Below, piece after piece: positions 30,338 through 39,165 of a DNA stretch of 64,000 nucleotides. A program made the translations under genes and the position numbers. How positions within the stretch are numbered: the first letter of the stretch is position 1; each line of letters opens with the position of its first letter. Source of the DNA: a virus; the IMG/VR virus record IMGVR_UViG_3300035698_011578, positions 31,477 to 95,476 of that record; one strand, 5' to 3'. The notes below the pieces were generated by a model. That model searched no databases, was not told where the DNA came from, and was given only the letters and a program-made list of their open reading frames with translations.

Positions 30338-30983
30338 TAATAATTGATTTAAGATCTTCATATAGTTTTATTTCGATTAAATGACCATATTTAAATAACG
30401 ATCTTCTAATAAATACATATGTTTCTTCTAAATTATATTTAGATGATCGTTGTTTACGCTTAATTTCTATATTATTCTCATATTTATAGATGTTTGCTAT
30501 TTTTGAAAAATTTTCAATTAAAGTTAAATTGACTTCTTCTAAAATATCCTTACCCTTTGTTGATTCAGGTATAAATATTTTTTTATCAATCACATCATCT
30601 GGGTGTCGAAGTGAGATTATAGTTTGATAATGATTTTGTTCATATTTCATTTCAAATCCCATTTCTTGGAGTCTTTTTAATAGAGTAATCTCAGAGTCTC
30701 TCATCTCTATTATTGTCTCTATATCTGATTTAGAAAGATGTCTAAACCCAATAACAATTCGATAAGATTTAAATAAATTAAGATTAAAATTCATATAATC
30801 ACTAATTCTACCTAAGTTACGTGAATAATCACTGCGACCTATAAATGTTTCCACATCGACTTTACCAATATCAATAAAATCATAAAGAAGTCCTTTAATG
30901 TCATGTACCCTCTCATACTCAACGACTATATCATCGGCCCAGTGAGATTCTTCAAAAACTTTAAATAATTTAATATTCTTCAT
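30324..30983 (-). CDS. Hypothetical protein with MKNIKLFKVFE motif
   Basis: 219-aa ORF. Confidence 0.7.
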   Translation of the reverse strand: MKNIKLFKVFEESHWADDIVVEYERVHDIKGLLYDFIDIGKVDVETFIGRSDYSRNLGRISDYMNFNLNLFKSYRIVIGFRHLSKSDIETIIEMRDSEITLLKRLQEMGFEMKYEQNHYQTIISLRHPDDVIDKKIFIPESTKGKDILEEVNLTLIENFSKIANIYKYENNIEIKRKQRSSKYNLEETYVFIRRSLFKYGHLIEIKLYEDLKSIIIRLN

Positions 30984-31002
30984 AGACTATATATATTAAA
31001 AG

Positions 31003-31671
31003 TTAATATATTTTTTTAGAAACTTCTATACTTGCTTTTATATCATTTTCACAATATTCCGCTATCTTTCCTGTCTTATTTTCCCAGTAAGCTAAATGTA
31101 CTTCAGAACCATTCATATCCACCTTTGGTGAGTCTATATCTAATTCATATGCTACTTCATCAAATGAGAATGCCCATGCGAATTTTTGTTTCCAATCCTC
31201 GGATAAATCTGTTATTCTAGCATCCCATGGCTTCTTATCATACATATAAATAATATTAGCAGGTTCTATTCCATATTTATGTAACTTGTGTAACACCCAA
31301 GGGATATCAAAGTAAAGGATTCTAAATCCACATAAGTTAAAGTTCTTTTTCTCTATCTTCTTTAATAGGTTATTGAAAGATTCAACAATAAGTTTTTCAT
31401 CATCACCATAAAATGATCGTATTTGACTAACTTCACTGTTATCAATATAACCAAAAGCTATACATACGATTTTACCAAATGTTGAAACAATTCCCGCATT
31501 ATCTAAATATGCCTCATCTATTGATGAATATTTATCTACCCAATTTAATTTATTATATTTCTTCTCGAATAATTTAGCACCTCTTTCATCATTTAGTTTA
31601 AATCTATTATAATCTGGGTGTGCACCGGCAGTCTCTATATCAAAATGGAATAAGTCGTTAGTCATCATCAT
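31003..31671 (-). CDS. 3'-5' exonuclease (PolB-like DEDD)
   Basis: FDIET, FDIPW, YCENDI. Confidence 0.85.
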   Translation of the reverse strand: MMMTNDLFHFDIETAGAHPDYNRFKLNDERGAKLFEKKYNKLNWVDKYSSIDEAYLDNAGIVSTFGKIVCIAFGYIDNSEVSQIRSFYGDDEKLIVESFNNLLKKIEKKNFNLCGFRILYFDIPWVLHKLHKYGIEPANIIYMYDKKPWDARITDLSEDWKQKFAWAFSFDEVAYELDIDSPKVDMNGSEVHLAYWENKTGKIAEYCENDIKASIEVSKKIY

Positions 31672-31882
31672 CTATTATTAATTTTATTTTATTGTTTCGT
31701 TTAATGTCTTCTGTTAATGTTGTTAACCTTCTTTGGTCAGCACATAGATAGCATCTACTGCCTTGAAATGGGTAATGTAGTGAAAATATATATGAACATT
31801 CTTCACAATAATAATTACCACAAATATCACATACCGAATCTTCTTCGATATATCTATTATAACATATATAACAATGACACAT
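31658..31882 (-). CDS. Small Cys-rich protein
   Basis: Four CxxC pairs; RNNKIKLII tail. Confidence 0.6.
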   Translation of the reverse strand: MCHCYICYNRYIEEDSVCDICGNYYCEECSYIFSLHYPFQGSRCYLCADQRRLTTLTEDIKRNNKIKLIIDDDD

Positions 31883-31948
31883 ATTTATTTTAGTGAAAAA
31901 ACTTAATATGTTTACATAAAAAACATTTTTAAAAATAATATATAGATT

Positions 31949-33028
31949 ATGAAATATTTAAATGGTTATCGATTGTTTGAAGCTAAGAAATTGAATGAAT
32001 ACGATAATTTAATGGGTAAGATGTTGCACCTTTACGGCTCAATACCATTGGAGAAGGAAAAAGCATCAATTGTTATTGCTAAAATTATATATGGCCCTAC
32101 TCATGGTGAGTATTACAGATTAGGACAAGATGTTGATATTAAAAATCAAAAAGACCACGATAAGGTCAGATTTAAAGATTATTTTGATTCTTTATTAAAA
32201 TCAAAAGATTCTAGAGGTCATAACTTTGAGGGAACAATAGCCGGGTTATATGATGGTGAGTTAGCAAAACGTGGTGAGAAATGGGACCTAGTTATAGGTG
32301 GTGAAACATGGAGTCTTAAATTTGTTGATCAAGCATCTAAGGCACCTGAAATTGGGAGCTTTAAGAAAACCATTTTAATATATGATAGGAAAAGACTAGA
32401 GGTTTATGCAGAAGAATTAGGACTTAAAAAAAGAATAGATTATAAAGCATCAACTAAAAACCAAGACTTACTAAAAAAATTAATAGAATTAGATACAGAC
32501 TCAGAGTTAGAAGGGTTTTATTTATTAGAAGATAAAATAGTAGAAAATGGTGGGTTAACTTACTTATTTAGATCAGACAAAGATGATCTCAAAGAAATCG
32601 CTTTTAATGTAATATCAGAAGGTATTACAGGTGGGTGGATAATTGCTTACCCAGTAAAAGATGATAATGGTGAAATCAATATAAGACAACATATTATAGA
32701 TATAGATGAGATGAGGGACCTTTTCATGAAAGGTTATAGTGTTTCTCCAAAAGGTGGGTTAAAGTATCACCTTAAACTAGCACTAAGTTCAAGGTTTGTA
32801 CATATGAGTGATTACCATGTTGTATCAAATATCATAATACCAAAATTAAGATTAAGTGAATTGAGAAGAATATCTAGAAATTCAACAGAAGATACTTGGG
32901 CTGAAAATGTTTTTGGTGAGTATGGTTCTAAGATAAGACCCGATGTGTTGAGATATATTAAAGGAGATTCTGAAAATATATCTAAACGATTAATAACATT
33001 TAATAACTTTAGAAAAAAAATAGATTAA
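31949..33028 (+). CDS. Hypothetical protein, possible PD-(D/E)XK-like fold
   Basis: RGHNFEG...KWDL...WSLK; MKYLNGYRLFE N-terminus. Confidence 0.6.
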   Translation: MKYLNGYRLFEAKKLNEYDNLMGKMLHLYGSIPLEKEKASIVIAKIIYGPTHGEYYRLGQDVDIKNQKDHDKVRFKDYFDSLLKSKDSRGHNFEGTIAGLYDGELAKRGEKWDLVIGGETWSLKFVDQASKAPEIGSFKKTILIYDRKRLEVYAEELGLKKRIDYKASTKNQDLLKKLIELDTDSELEGFYLLEDKIVENGGLTYLFRSDKDDLKEIAFNVISEGITGGWIIAYPVKDDNGEINIRQHIIDIDEMRDLFMKGYSVSPKGGLKYHLKLALSSRFVHMSDYHVVSNIIIPKLRLSELRRISRNSTEDTWAENVFGEYGSKIRPDVLRYIKGDSENISKRLITFNNFRKKID

Positions 33029-33033
33029 AAATT

Positions 33034-33420
33034 ATGAAACATATTAAGAAATTTAATGAAGAGGCTTGGTTACCATTCTCAATTGCTAGAAAAGAAAAAG
33101 AATTCAATGCAGAGTCAATAAGGAGAAGACTTAAAAACGAAGAAGATTCTAAAAAAGAGCAGCTTGAAAGAGACTCAAAAAAGATTTTTGATAATGGCAG
33201 GCTTATAAAATATATAAAATCTGAAATTTTAAAGAAGGAACGAAAAGGAAGTGAATATACTGAGATAAAGCATGATAAATTCAAAACCAAAAATAGTGAG
33301 GGAAGAATCAATAATTTCTTATTTGAGAAAATAAAAGAATATTTCGAAGAATTGGGATTTATTGTTGATTTAAATATTGGACAAAGGTTTGTATCATTTA
33401 ATGCACTTGAAAGATCCTAA
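33034..33420 (+). CDS. Hypothetical protein with MKHIKKFNE motif
   Basis: 128-aa ORF. Confidence 0.7.
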   Translation: MKHIKKFNEEAWLPFSIARKEKEFNAESIRRRLKNEEDSKKEQLERDSKKIFDNGRLIKYIKSEILKKERKGSEYTEIKHDKFKTKNSEGRINNFLFEKIKEYFEELGFIVDLNIGQRFVSFNALERS

Positions 33421-33485
33421 TTATTCTAGAACACAACAGGCATTCCCAAAGAATCCTGCCAAATCCTAAAAAATAATAGTGAAAG

Positions 33486-33891
33486 ATGAGAATTATTAAA
33501 ACTTTTGAAAATTTTAAACACATACCAATGGTGTCTAAACATAGACCTAACTCAGATGATAATAATGGTATTCAAGGTGCAATGAATTTTATGCTTGATA
33601 TAATCCGAGATTGTAAGACATCTAAAATAATAGATGGTGATACTCATGTAGGGGGGTGGTGACATATCTATTAAATTTGAAGATATGAGCAATGGTGCAA
33701 TAACTGAACTATTATCAAATATTAAAAAACATGATGATGTAAGAGATTTTGAATGTGACGATTTTGATATAGATAATAGTGATGAATTATATGGTGATAT
33801 AACATTTTATCACGATGATTACTTTTTCTGTTTAGATGGATTTCATTTTAGTGATGATGGGAAATATATAAATTTTCATTTTGATAATTAG
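33486..33891 (+). pseudogene. Gene broken at a G6 tract
   Basis: MRIIKTFENF...HVGGW*; removing one G at 33651-33656 joins it in frame to 33685..33891. Confidence 0.7.
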
Positions 33892-33940
33892 AAACGTAGC
33901 GTATATACTTTTATATATAAGGTAAATTAATTATAAATAT

Positions 33941-34105
33941 ATGCCACCTGTAAAAAATAAAATGTTCGCACTTAGAATCTCAGAAAAATTATTAAATGAG
34001 TATCGTGAATTCTGTGAAGAGAATTCAATAAACATATCAAAACGACTTAGGAAATTCATGGAAAGAGATTTAGAAGCTTGGAAACAAAGAAAAAGAGAAA
34101 AATAA
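33941..34105 (+). CDS. Ribbon-helix-helix-like DNA-binding protein (54 aa, not in ORF track)
   Basis: MPPVKNKMFALRISEKLLNEYREFCEENSINISKRLRKFMERDLEAWKQRKREK. Confidence 0.7.
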   Translation: MPPVKNKMFALRISEKLLNEYREFCEENSINISKRLRKFMERDLEAWKQRKREK

Positions 34106-34113
34106 GAAATTAT

Positions 34114-34419
34114 ATGAAAGATTTAAGACACATCAAAAGTTTCAATGAAGGAACAGAAAATCAATATTTACTTATAGTACACTATGAAGGTGGTGATGAG
34201 ATACATTTTAATGTTATCGATTATTCATTATATCCTCAAATTAGTAAAATTATAAATGATGGATTAAACACACAAGAAGCAGTGAATGATATGTTAACTA
34301 TTATATATGATAATACATTAGAACAATTAATGTGCCAAACTTATGTTTTAGAGGATTATACTAAAATCGATAAATATAATATCGTAAAATGTATACATCT
34401 TATGGAATTAGGTAGTTAA
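34114..34419 (+). CDS. Hypothetical protein with MKDLRHIKSFNE motif
   Basis: Probable ATG at 34114. Confidence 0.65.
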   Translation: MKDLRHIKSFNEGTENQYLLIVHYEGGDEIHFNVIDYSLYPQISKIINDGLNTQEAVNDMLTIIYDNTLEQLMCQTYVLEDYTKIDKYNIVKCIHLMELGS

Positions 34420-34516
34420 AGTATTTTTTATTACAAAAATTTTATTACCTTTGTGGTAAAGAGTTAAGAATGTGCTTAAAATGAACAAAATTCAAACTTT
34501 TTTAAAAATAAACGAT

Positions 34517-34575
34517 AATAAATTTGGATAATTAAAACTTTTACCGTATATTTGTATAAGATAATGAGAAAATAA
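34517..34575 (+). promoter_or_regulatory. Bacteroidota-type promoter block; identical 59-bp copy at 43217..43275
   Basis: TTTG-N20-TATATTTG; followed in both copies by TTTTAATATATA and a leader ORF. Confidence 0.8.
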
Positions 34576-34610
34576 CAAAAACAGAGAATAAACTTTTAAT
34601 ATATAAAACA

Positions 34611-34721
34611 ATGAAAAACAGAAATCTAAATATGAACACGAATTTAACACTCAACGTAGTGAATATTACTTTATGTAATATTAGACGAACTGAGGGTTGT
34701 GATCAATTTAGACTTTATTGA
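34611..34721 (+). CDS. Leader peptide MKNRNLNMNTNLTLNVVNITLCNIRRTEGCDQFRLY
   Basis: Residues 3-27 use only N,R,L,M,T,V,I,C; CTGAGGGTT (34690-34698) pairs with terminator 5' arm. Confidence 0.85.
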   Translation: MKNRNLNMNTNLTLNVVNITLCNIRRTEGCDQFRLY

Positions 34722-34748
34722 AAGAAATAAAAAGACTAAACATAAATC

Positions 34749-34784
34749 AAACCCTCAGAAATAAAAAATTCTGAGGGTTTTTTT
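34749..34784 (+). terminator. Attenuator terminator of 15-tRNA operon
   Basis: AAACCCTCAGAA-ataaaaaa-TTCTGAGGGTTT followed by TTTT. Confidence 0.9.
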
Positions 34785-34799
34785 ATGTAATGAAAAATT

Positions 34800-34872
34800 G
34801 GATTAGTAGCTCAGTTGGTAGAGCAATTGTTTGTTAAACAAAAGGTCGCTGGATCGTGCCCAGCCTAGTCCG
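34800..34872 (+). tRNA. tRNA-Asn(GTT)
   Basis: Loop TT-GTT-AA; acceptor GGATTAG/CTAGTCC. Confidence 0.8.
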
Positions 34873-34880
34873 CAACAAAA

Positions 34881-34892
34881 TGTTCTTTGACG
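34881..34892 (+). promoter_or_regulatory. boxA-like antitermination site
   Basis: TGTTCTTTGACG resembles rrn boxA TGCTCTTTAACA. Confidence 0.55.
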
Positions 34893-34916
34893 TATTGGGA
34901 TATAAAAATTAAAAAC

Positions 34917-35003
34917 GATTGTGTTGCCGTAGTTGGTCGAACGGTCCAGACTGTTAATCTGGTGAGTTAAACTCCACCGTAGGTTCGAATCCTACCACAA
35001 TCG
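34917..35003 (+). tRNA. tRNA-Asn(GTT), long variable arm
   Basis: CCAGA-CT-GTT-AA-TCTGG. Confidence 0.85.
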
Positions 35004-35066
35004 CTTAATAAACTTCGTTAATATGAAGTTGTGTAGTTTTAATATATAAAAGAAAATATTAAAATT

Positions 35067-35765
35067 ATGAGTGAATTAAGAAATAAAATAATAGAATTAA
35101 GAATTAATGGTAAAAAATATACAGAAATAAGTGAGATATTAGGATGTTCTAAATCAACGATAAGTTATCACTGTAAACGAAATAAAAAAATAATTTATAT
35201 CGAGAATGTTGATATTGAATCACAGACAGAAATAGTAGAATATCGAGAAATTGGTTTAAGATTAATAGAAATATATGAAAAATTAGAAAAAAGAATAACT
35301 AAAGAAAATATTAAAATAATATGTAGAAAAAATGGATTATCTTATTTAGATAGATTAAATGAAGAAGATATAAATAAGATTCGTGAGAAATATAAAGAAA
35401 TAGGTAAACTTAGAAAAGTTGCCAGAATATTAGGATATAGTTTTAGCACAGTTAAAAAAAATGTTATTGATTTAATTGAAGATTTTAATAAAAATAAGAA
35501 AAATATAAGTAATTCAGAATCTGTTATAAATTGGAGAAAAAGAGTTAAAATAAAATTAGTAGAATATAAGGGAGGGAAATGTGAAAGATGTGGTTATAAT
35601 AAGTACGTGGAAGTCTTAGAATTCCACCATAGAGATGAGTATGAAAAAGATTTTACAATATCAGGTAAATCTTGGTCATATGAAAGATTAAAAAATGAAG
35701 TTGATAAATGCATTATGCTATGTTCAAATTGTCATAAAGAAATGCATATAGAGAATAAAAATTAA
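35067..35765 (+). CDS. HNH homing endonuclease with HTH repeats, inside tRNA array
   Basis: CERCGY...LEFHH...LCSNCHKEMH. Confidence 0.85.
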   Translation: MSELRNKIIELRINGKKYTEISEILGCSKSTISYHCKRNKKIIYIENVDIESQTEIVEYREIGLRLIEIYEKLEKRITKENIKIICRKNGLSYLDRLNEEDINKIREKYKEIGKLRKVARILGYSFSTVKKNVIDLIEDFNKNKKNISNSESVINWRKRVKIKLVEYKGGKCERCGYNKYVEVLEFHHRDEYEKDFTISGKSWSYERLKNEVDKCIMLCSNCHKEMHIENKN

Positions 35766-35771
35766 TAAAAT

Positions 35772-35856
35772 ACCGGGGTGTCGTAATTGGTAGCCGAGAC
35801 AGACTTAAACTCTGTTGATCCTTGTGGTCGTGAGGGTTCAAATCCCTTCCCCGGTA
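35772..35856 (+). tRNA. tRNA-Leu(TAA)
   Basis: ACAGA-CT-TAA-AC-TCTGT, long variable arm. Confidence 0.85.
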
Positions 35857-35864
35857 CAATACAA

Positions 35865-35936
35865 GGTTCCTTCGTCCAACGGATAGGACTTCAGTCTTCT
35901 AAACTGATAATATGGGTTCGAGTCCCGTAGGAATCT
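35865..35936 (+). tRNA. tRNA-Arg(TCT)
   Basis: TCAGT-CT-TCT-AA-ACTGA. Confidence 0.85.
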
Positions 35937-35949
35937 CAAAATATAAAAT

Positions 35950-36030
35950 ACCTCTGTGGCGAAATGGTTCACGCAGCATGTTTAGAACTTGTCTCCGAGA
36001 GGACTGTCGGTTCGACTCCGACCAGAGGTA
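35950..36030 (+). tRNA. tRNA-Leu(TAG)
   Basis: Loop TT-TAG-AA, weak anticodon stem, long variable arm. Confidence 0.7.
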
Positions 36031-36038
36031 CAAAAAAT

Positions 36039-36121
36039 AGGACTATGGTGTAATTGGCAACATCCCACTGTTACATGGTGGAGACGTGAAGTAAATCTCG
36101 GTTCGAGTCCGAGTAGTCCTA
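36039..36121 (+). tRNA. tRNA-Val(TAC), enlarged variable region
   Basis: CCACT-GT-TAC-AT-GGTGG. Confidence 0.8.
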
Positions 36122-36126
36122 CAAAA

Positions 36127-36203
36127 CGGTGTGTATACCCTCCGGCTGATACCCGGTTGAAAGGTTAATTGGTTACACGTAGGTTCAATTCCTACCTCAC
36201 CGA
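36127..36203 (+). tRNA. Atypical D-armless tRNA-Ile(GAT)-like RNA
   Basis: CCGG-CT-GAT-AC-CCGG after an 8-nt linker; same layout as 14025..14101. Confidence 0.7.
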
Positions 36204-36212
36204 CAAAAACAC

Positions 36213-36284
36213 GTACCTGTGACCGAGTGATTTAGGTAGGCGGCTGCAACCCGTCTTACGGGGGTTTGAATCCCTCCAGGTACT
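36213..36284 (+). tRNA. tRNA-Cys(GCA)
   Basis: GGCGG-CT-GCA-AC-CCGTC, U73. Confidence 0.85.
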
Positions 36285-36292
36285 CTAAATTT

Positions 36293-36364
36293 TGGAGATT
36301 AGCTCAGTGGAAGAGTAATTCCTTGACGTGGAATAGGTCAACAGTTCAATTCTGTTATCTCCAA
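36293..36364 (+). tRNA. tRNA-Val(GAC)
   Basis: ATTCC-TT-GAC-GT-GGAAT. Confidence 0.85.
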
Positions 36365-36370
36365 CAAAAT

Positions 36371-36453
36371 GCCTTCTTCGCATAGTGGCTATTGCACCTG
36401 ACTTTAATCAGGCGAGGTAAAACTCATCGTGGGTCCGAGTCCCACAGAAGGCT
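36371..36453 (+). tRNA. tRNA-Thr-like gene with 6-nt anticodon loop
   Basis: CCTGA-CTTTAA-TCAGG; equals CTTGTAA (Thr TGT) minus G; GCC-starting acceptor. Confidence 0.6.
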
Positions 36454-36466
36454 CAAAATTTAATAT

Positions 36467-36535
36467 TGCGAGAGATTCGGCAATCGTCATCGGCTCATAT
36501 CCTTTGACAAGTGGGGTCGGCACCCATTCTCGCAA
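36467..36535 (+). tRNA. Degenerate tRNA-Met(CAT)-like gene
   Basis: Acceptor TGCGAGA/TCTCGCA, loop CT-CAT-AT, reduced D arm. Confidence 0.55.
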
Positions 36536-36542
36536 CAACAAT

Positions 36543-36615
36543 GGCGCTTAAACATTTACTGGATGATGTCTAGTCTTGTAAACTAGGTAAGTGGGATCGT
36601 TACCCTCAAGTGCCT
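36543..36615 (+). tRNA. tRNA-Thr(TGT)
   Basis: CTAGT-CT-TGT-AA-ACTAG. Confidence 0.8.
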
Positions 36616-36622
36616 CAAAAAT

Positions 36623-36693
36623 GCTTTCATAATTCAATGGCAGAATACTAGCTTGGTATGTTAGATATAGCAGTTCGAGTCTGCTTGAAAGCT
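36623..36693 (+). tRNA. tRNA-Thr(GGT)
   Basis: CTAGC-TT-GGT-AT-GTTAG. Confidence 0.85.
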
Positions 36694-36700
36694 CAAAAAT

Positions 36701-36772
36701 GTCGCAGAAGTTCAATGGATGAATAAGGCTCTTCTAAAGCTTTGGTTGTGGGTTCGAGTCCCACCTGTGACT
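36701..36772 (+). tRNA. tRNA-Arg(TCT)
   Basis: AGGCT-CT-TCT-AA-AGCTT. Confidence 0.8.
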
Positions 36773-36780
36773 CTAGATTT

Positions 36781-36862
36781 GCATTGATGGTGGAATTGGT
36801 AGACACGCTGGCCTAAGAAGTCAGTGCCGAGAGGTGTAAGAGTTCGAATCTCTTTCTTTGCA
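36781..36862 (+). tRNA. tRNA-Leu(AAG)
   Basis: CTGGC-CT-AAG-AA-GTCAG, Leu-type D loop and long variable arm. Confidence 0.8.
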
Positions 36863-37249
36863 CAAAAAATAAAAAATTCATCAAATTTATGAAACAAAGC
36901 AGTATGTATTGGATATATACTGTATAAATCATTTGGTTTTGTTAGTTTCGAGTCTTATTTTAGGCTTCCAAATTGTTTAACAGCAATAAAGAAATTCGCA
37001 ATTCAAAAATAAAAATAAATAAAGATGATGAAAAAATGGTCTCTATCCGAGATTTGTGAATATATTAATTTATATAACCCAATCGTAATTTTACTTAGAA
37101 TTCCTATAGATCTTTTTAAATCTAAAAAGATAACTCATCATCATAACTTAATTTTAAACTTTAAGCATGAATATAGTCATGCTATATAAATAATTTTGGT
37201 AATGTTTTTAACTGAGCATTTCAAAAATAAAAATAAAAAATTAATTATT

Positions 37250-38032
37250 ATGAGTCATTACAGATTATTAGACAAAAACCCATCTGCTATAATCACCGTA
37301 GCAGGTAGCGAGAAGAAAATTTATCAAAACAATGAAATTTTTCTTAACGATGGTGAAAATTTTGAATTTAGATTCTTCAATCCACTACAAGTGAAAATTG
37401 GAATTGAGATTATTTTCGATGGTGTTAAAAAGAACAATGGATACCTAGTGTTAAAACCAGGACAAGACATCGTTCTAGATAGATTCATCGATGAACAAAG
37501 AAAGATGAAGTATGAAACATACACCATTGATTCTAACAACTCCGATGCGGTTCAAGCAGCTGCTATGAATGGTGTTATTGAAATCAAATTTTATACTGAG
37601 GAAGTTTATAGACCAAAACCAGTTATGAGAGGTCGTAAATTATCAAAAAGTAAAAGTTGTGGGTCAAATTTTAATTCAAGGATGTATTCATCACCAGGTG
37701 TATACACAAATGAATTAGACCAAAGTACTTCTGCTGATGTAAACTATTCAGATTATTCTACACTTAGTTGTTGTTCTGGAATGGGTTCCATTGATTACTC
37801 ACCAGAGGAAACCGGAAGAATAGAAAAGGGTGAAGATTCTGATCAAGAGATGAAAACTGTAAATGTTGAATTTGGTAACAGACCAATACATTCAATTGTT
37901 TATAGACTAAAACCAACTTCACAATTAAATGAAGGAGTTTCTGAAATCAGACAATATTGCTCAAGCTGTGGTTATAGATTGCGTAAACAAACATGGCAAT
38001 ATTGCCCAAAATGTGGCGAAAAATTAGATTAA
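37250..38032 (+). CDS. Hypothetical protein with C-terminal zinc ribbon
   Basis: YCSSCG...YCPKCG; probable ATG 37250. Confidence 0.7.
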   Translation: MSHYRLLDKNPSAIITVAGSEKKIYQNNEIFLNDGENFEFRFFNPLQVKIGIEIIFDGVKKNNGYLVLKPGQDIVLDRFIDEQRKMKYETYTIDSNNSDAVQAAAMNGVIEIKFYTEEVYRPKPVMRGRKLSKSKSCGSNFNSRMYSSPGVYTNELDQSTSADVNYSDYSTLSCCSGMGSIDYSPEETGRIEKGEDSDQEMKTVNVEFGNRPIHSIVYRLKPTSQLNEGVSEIRQYCSSCGYRLRKQTWQYCPKCGEKLD

Positions 38033-38062
38033 ATCTGATTTATAAAAAATAAAAATAAAAAT

Positions 38063-38683
38063 ATGAAAACAAAAATTATATGCATTTTAGATAAATCAGG
38101 TTCAATGTCATCAATTATAAGTGATGCGATTGGAGGATTTAATAGTTTCTTAGAGGAACAACAACAAATAGATGAGGTAGCGAGTATGGATATTATTCTA
38201 TTCAGCAACATCTATGAAAAAATAGTTGATAATATCGACATAAGAGAAGTTAGCAAACTAGATAGAGAATCTTATAGGACTAGTGGAACAACTGCACTTT
38301 ATGATGCAATTGGTAGAACAATAGAACATGAGTTAGATTTATATGGTGATTCCCCAGAAAATAGACCAGATAAGACATTATGTGTTATTTTAACTGATGG
38401 TGATGAAAACTCTAGTAGAATGTTTAATAAAGAAAAAATTAAACTAATGATTGAAGAAATGAAAGAAGACTTTAAGTGGGATTTCATATTCTTAGCAGCT
38501 AACCAAGATGCTTGTTTAACAGCAGATGGTATAGGAATATCACGAGGTAATTCCATGGATTTCTCTGGTGATAGTGAAGGAATTAAAGTAGCTTATAGTA
38601 GTATGAGTAGTGTTGCTTCATATTATCGAACAAGTAGTGTTGTCGAAAATAGCAATAATCTATTTGAAGATAGTAGAAAATAA
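38063..38683 (+). CDS. von Willebrand factor A domain protein
   Basis: ILDKSGSM, GTTALYDAIG, ILTDGDENSS (MIDAS). Confidence 0.9.
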   Translation: MKTKIICILDKSGSMSSIISDAIGGFNSFLEEQQQIDEVASMDIILFSNIYEKIVDNIDIREVSKLDRESYRTSGTTALYDAIGRTIEHELDLYGDSPENRPDKTLCVILTDGDENSSRMFNKEKIKLMIEEMKEDFKWDFIFLAANQDACLTADGIGISRGNSMDFSGDSEGIKVAYSSMSSVASYYRTSSVVENSNNLFEDSRK

Positions 38684-38690
38684 TTTAATG

Positions 38691-38725
38691 AAAACCCACT
38701 TTAATGTAAAGTGGGTTTTCTCTTT
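38691..38725 (+). terminator. Intrinsic terminator (AAAACCCACTT/AAGTGGGTTTT family)
   Basis: Same stem at 39131-39165 and 43175-43203. Confidence 0.8.
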
Positions 38726-38755
38726 TAATATATATGTAAAATAAAGAAATTTAAA

Positions 38756-39115
38756 ATGGTACATATTAAAAAATTAAATGAAAATTCACTCGCAGATAGA
38801 TTATCAAACTTTTATAGCGAATATAGAGAATTGTGTAATGTTGAAGACTATGATAATCATGAATTGTGGACAGAAATAGGACAATTAACTCTTAAATATA
38901 AACTAACAAAGAGTGAAGTTAAGCATGTATTAGAAAATTTCAATTGTAGATTTGATGTCAATAGATTTTTAGAACAAACGTTAAAAGATTGGGATAAAAA
39001 TGTTGATGAATCTTGGGACAGTATATTTCAAGAAGTTCTCGATAATAATATTAGAATTCCAATGGAATTAAGAACATACTTAAAGAAAAGTTATAAAGTA
39101 CCAGTTAAGAAATAA
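38756..39115 (+). CDS. Hypothetical protein with MVHIKKLNE motif
   Basis: 119-aa ORF. Confidence 0.7.
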   Translation: MVHIKKLNENSLADRLSNFYSEYRELCNVEDYDNHELWTEIGQLTLKYKLTKSEVKHVLENFNCRFDVNRFLEQTLKDWDKNVDESWDSIFQEVLDNNIRIPMELRTYLKKSYKVPVKK

Positions 39116-39130
39116 ATAAATTTATTAATA

Positions 39131-39165
39131 AAAAAACCCACTTGATAAAAGTGGGTTTTTGTTTT
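39131..39165. terminator. Bidirectional intrinsic terminator
   Basis: A-run-CCCACTT-gataa-AAGTGGG-T-run between convergent genes. Confidence 0.8.

Noticed and set aside
34576-34800. T-box riboswitch as the explanation for tRNA operon leaders
   Set aside because: No T-box consensus or stem I seen; an open leader frame with matching codons fits ribosome-mediated attenuation better
36371-36453. Ochre (TTA) suppressor tRNA implying stop-codon recoding
   Set aside because: The loop has 6 nt and is best explained as Thr(TGT) missing a G; TAA terminates conserved genes such as nrdJ normally
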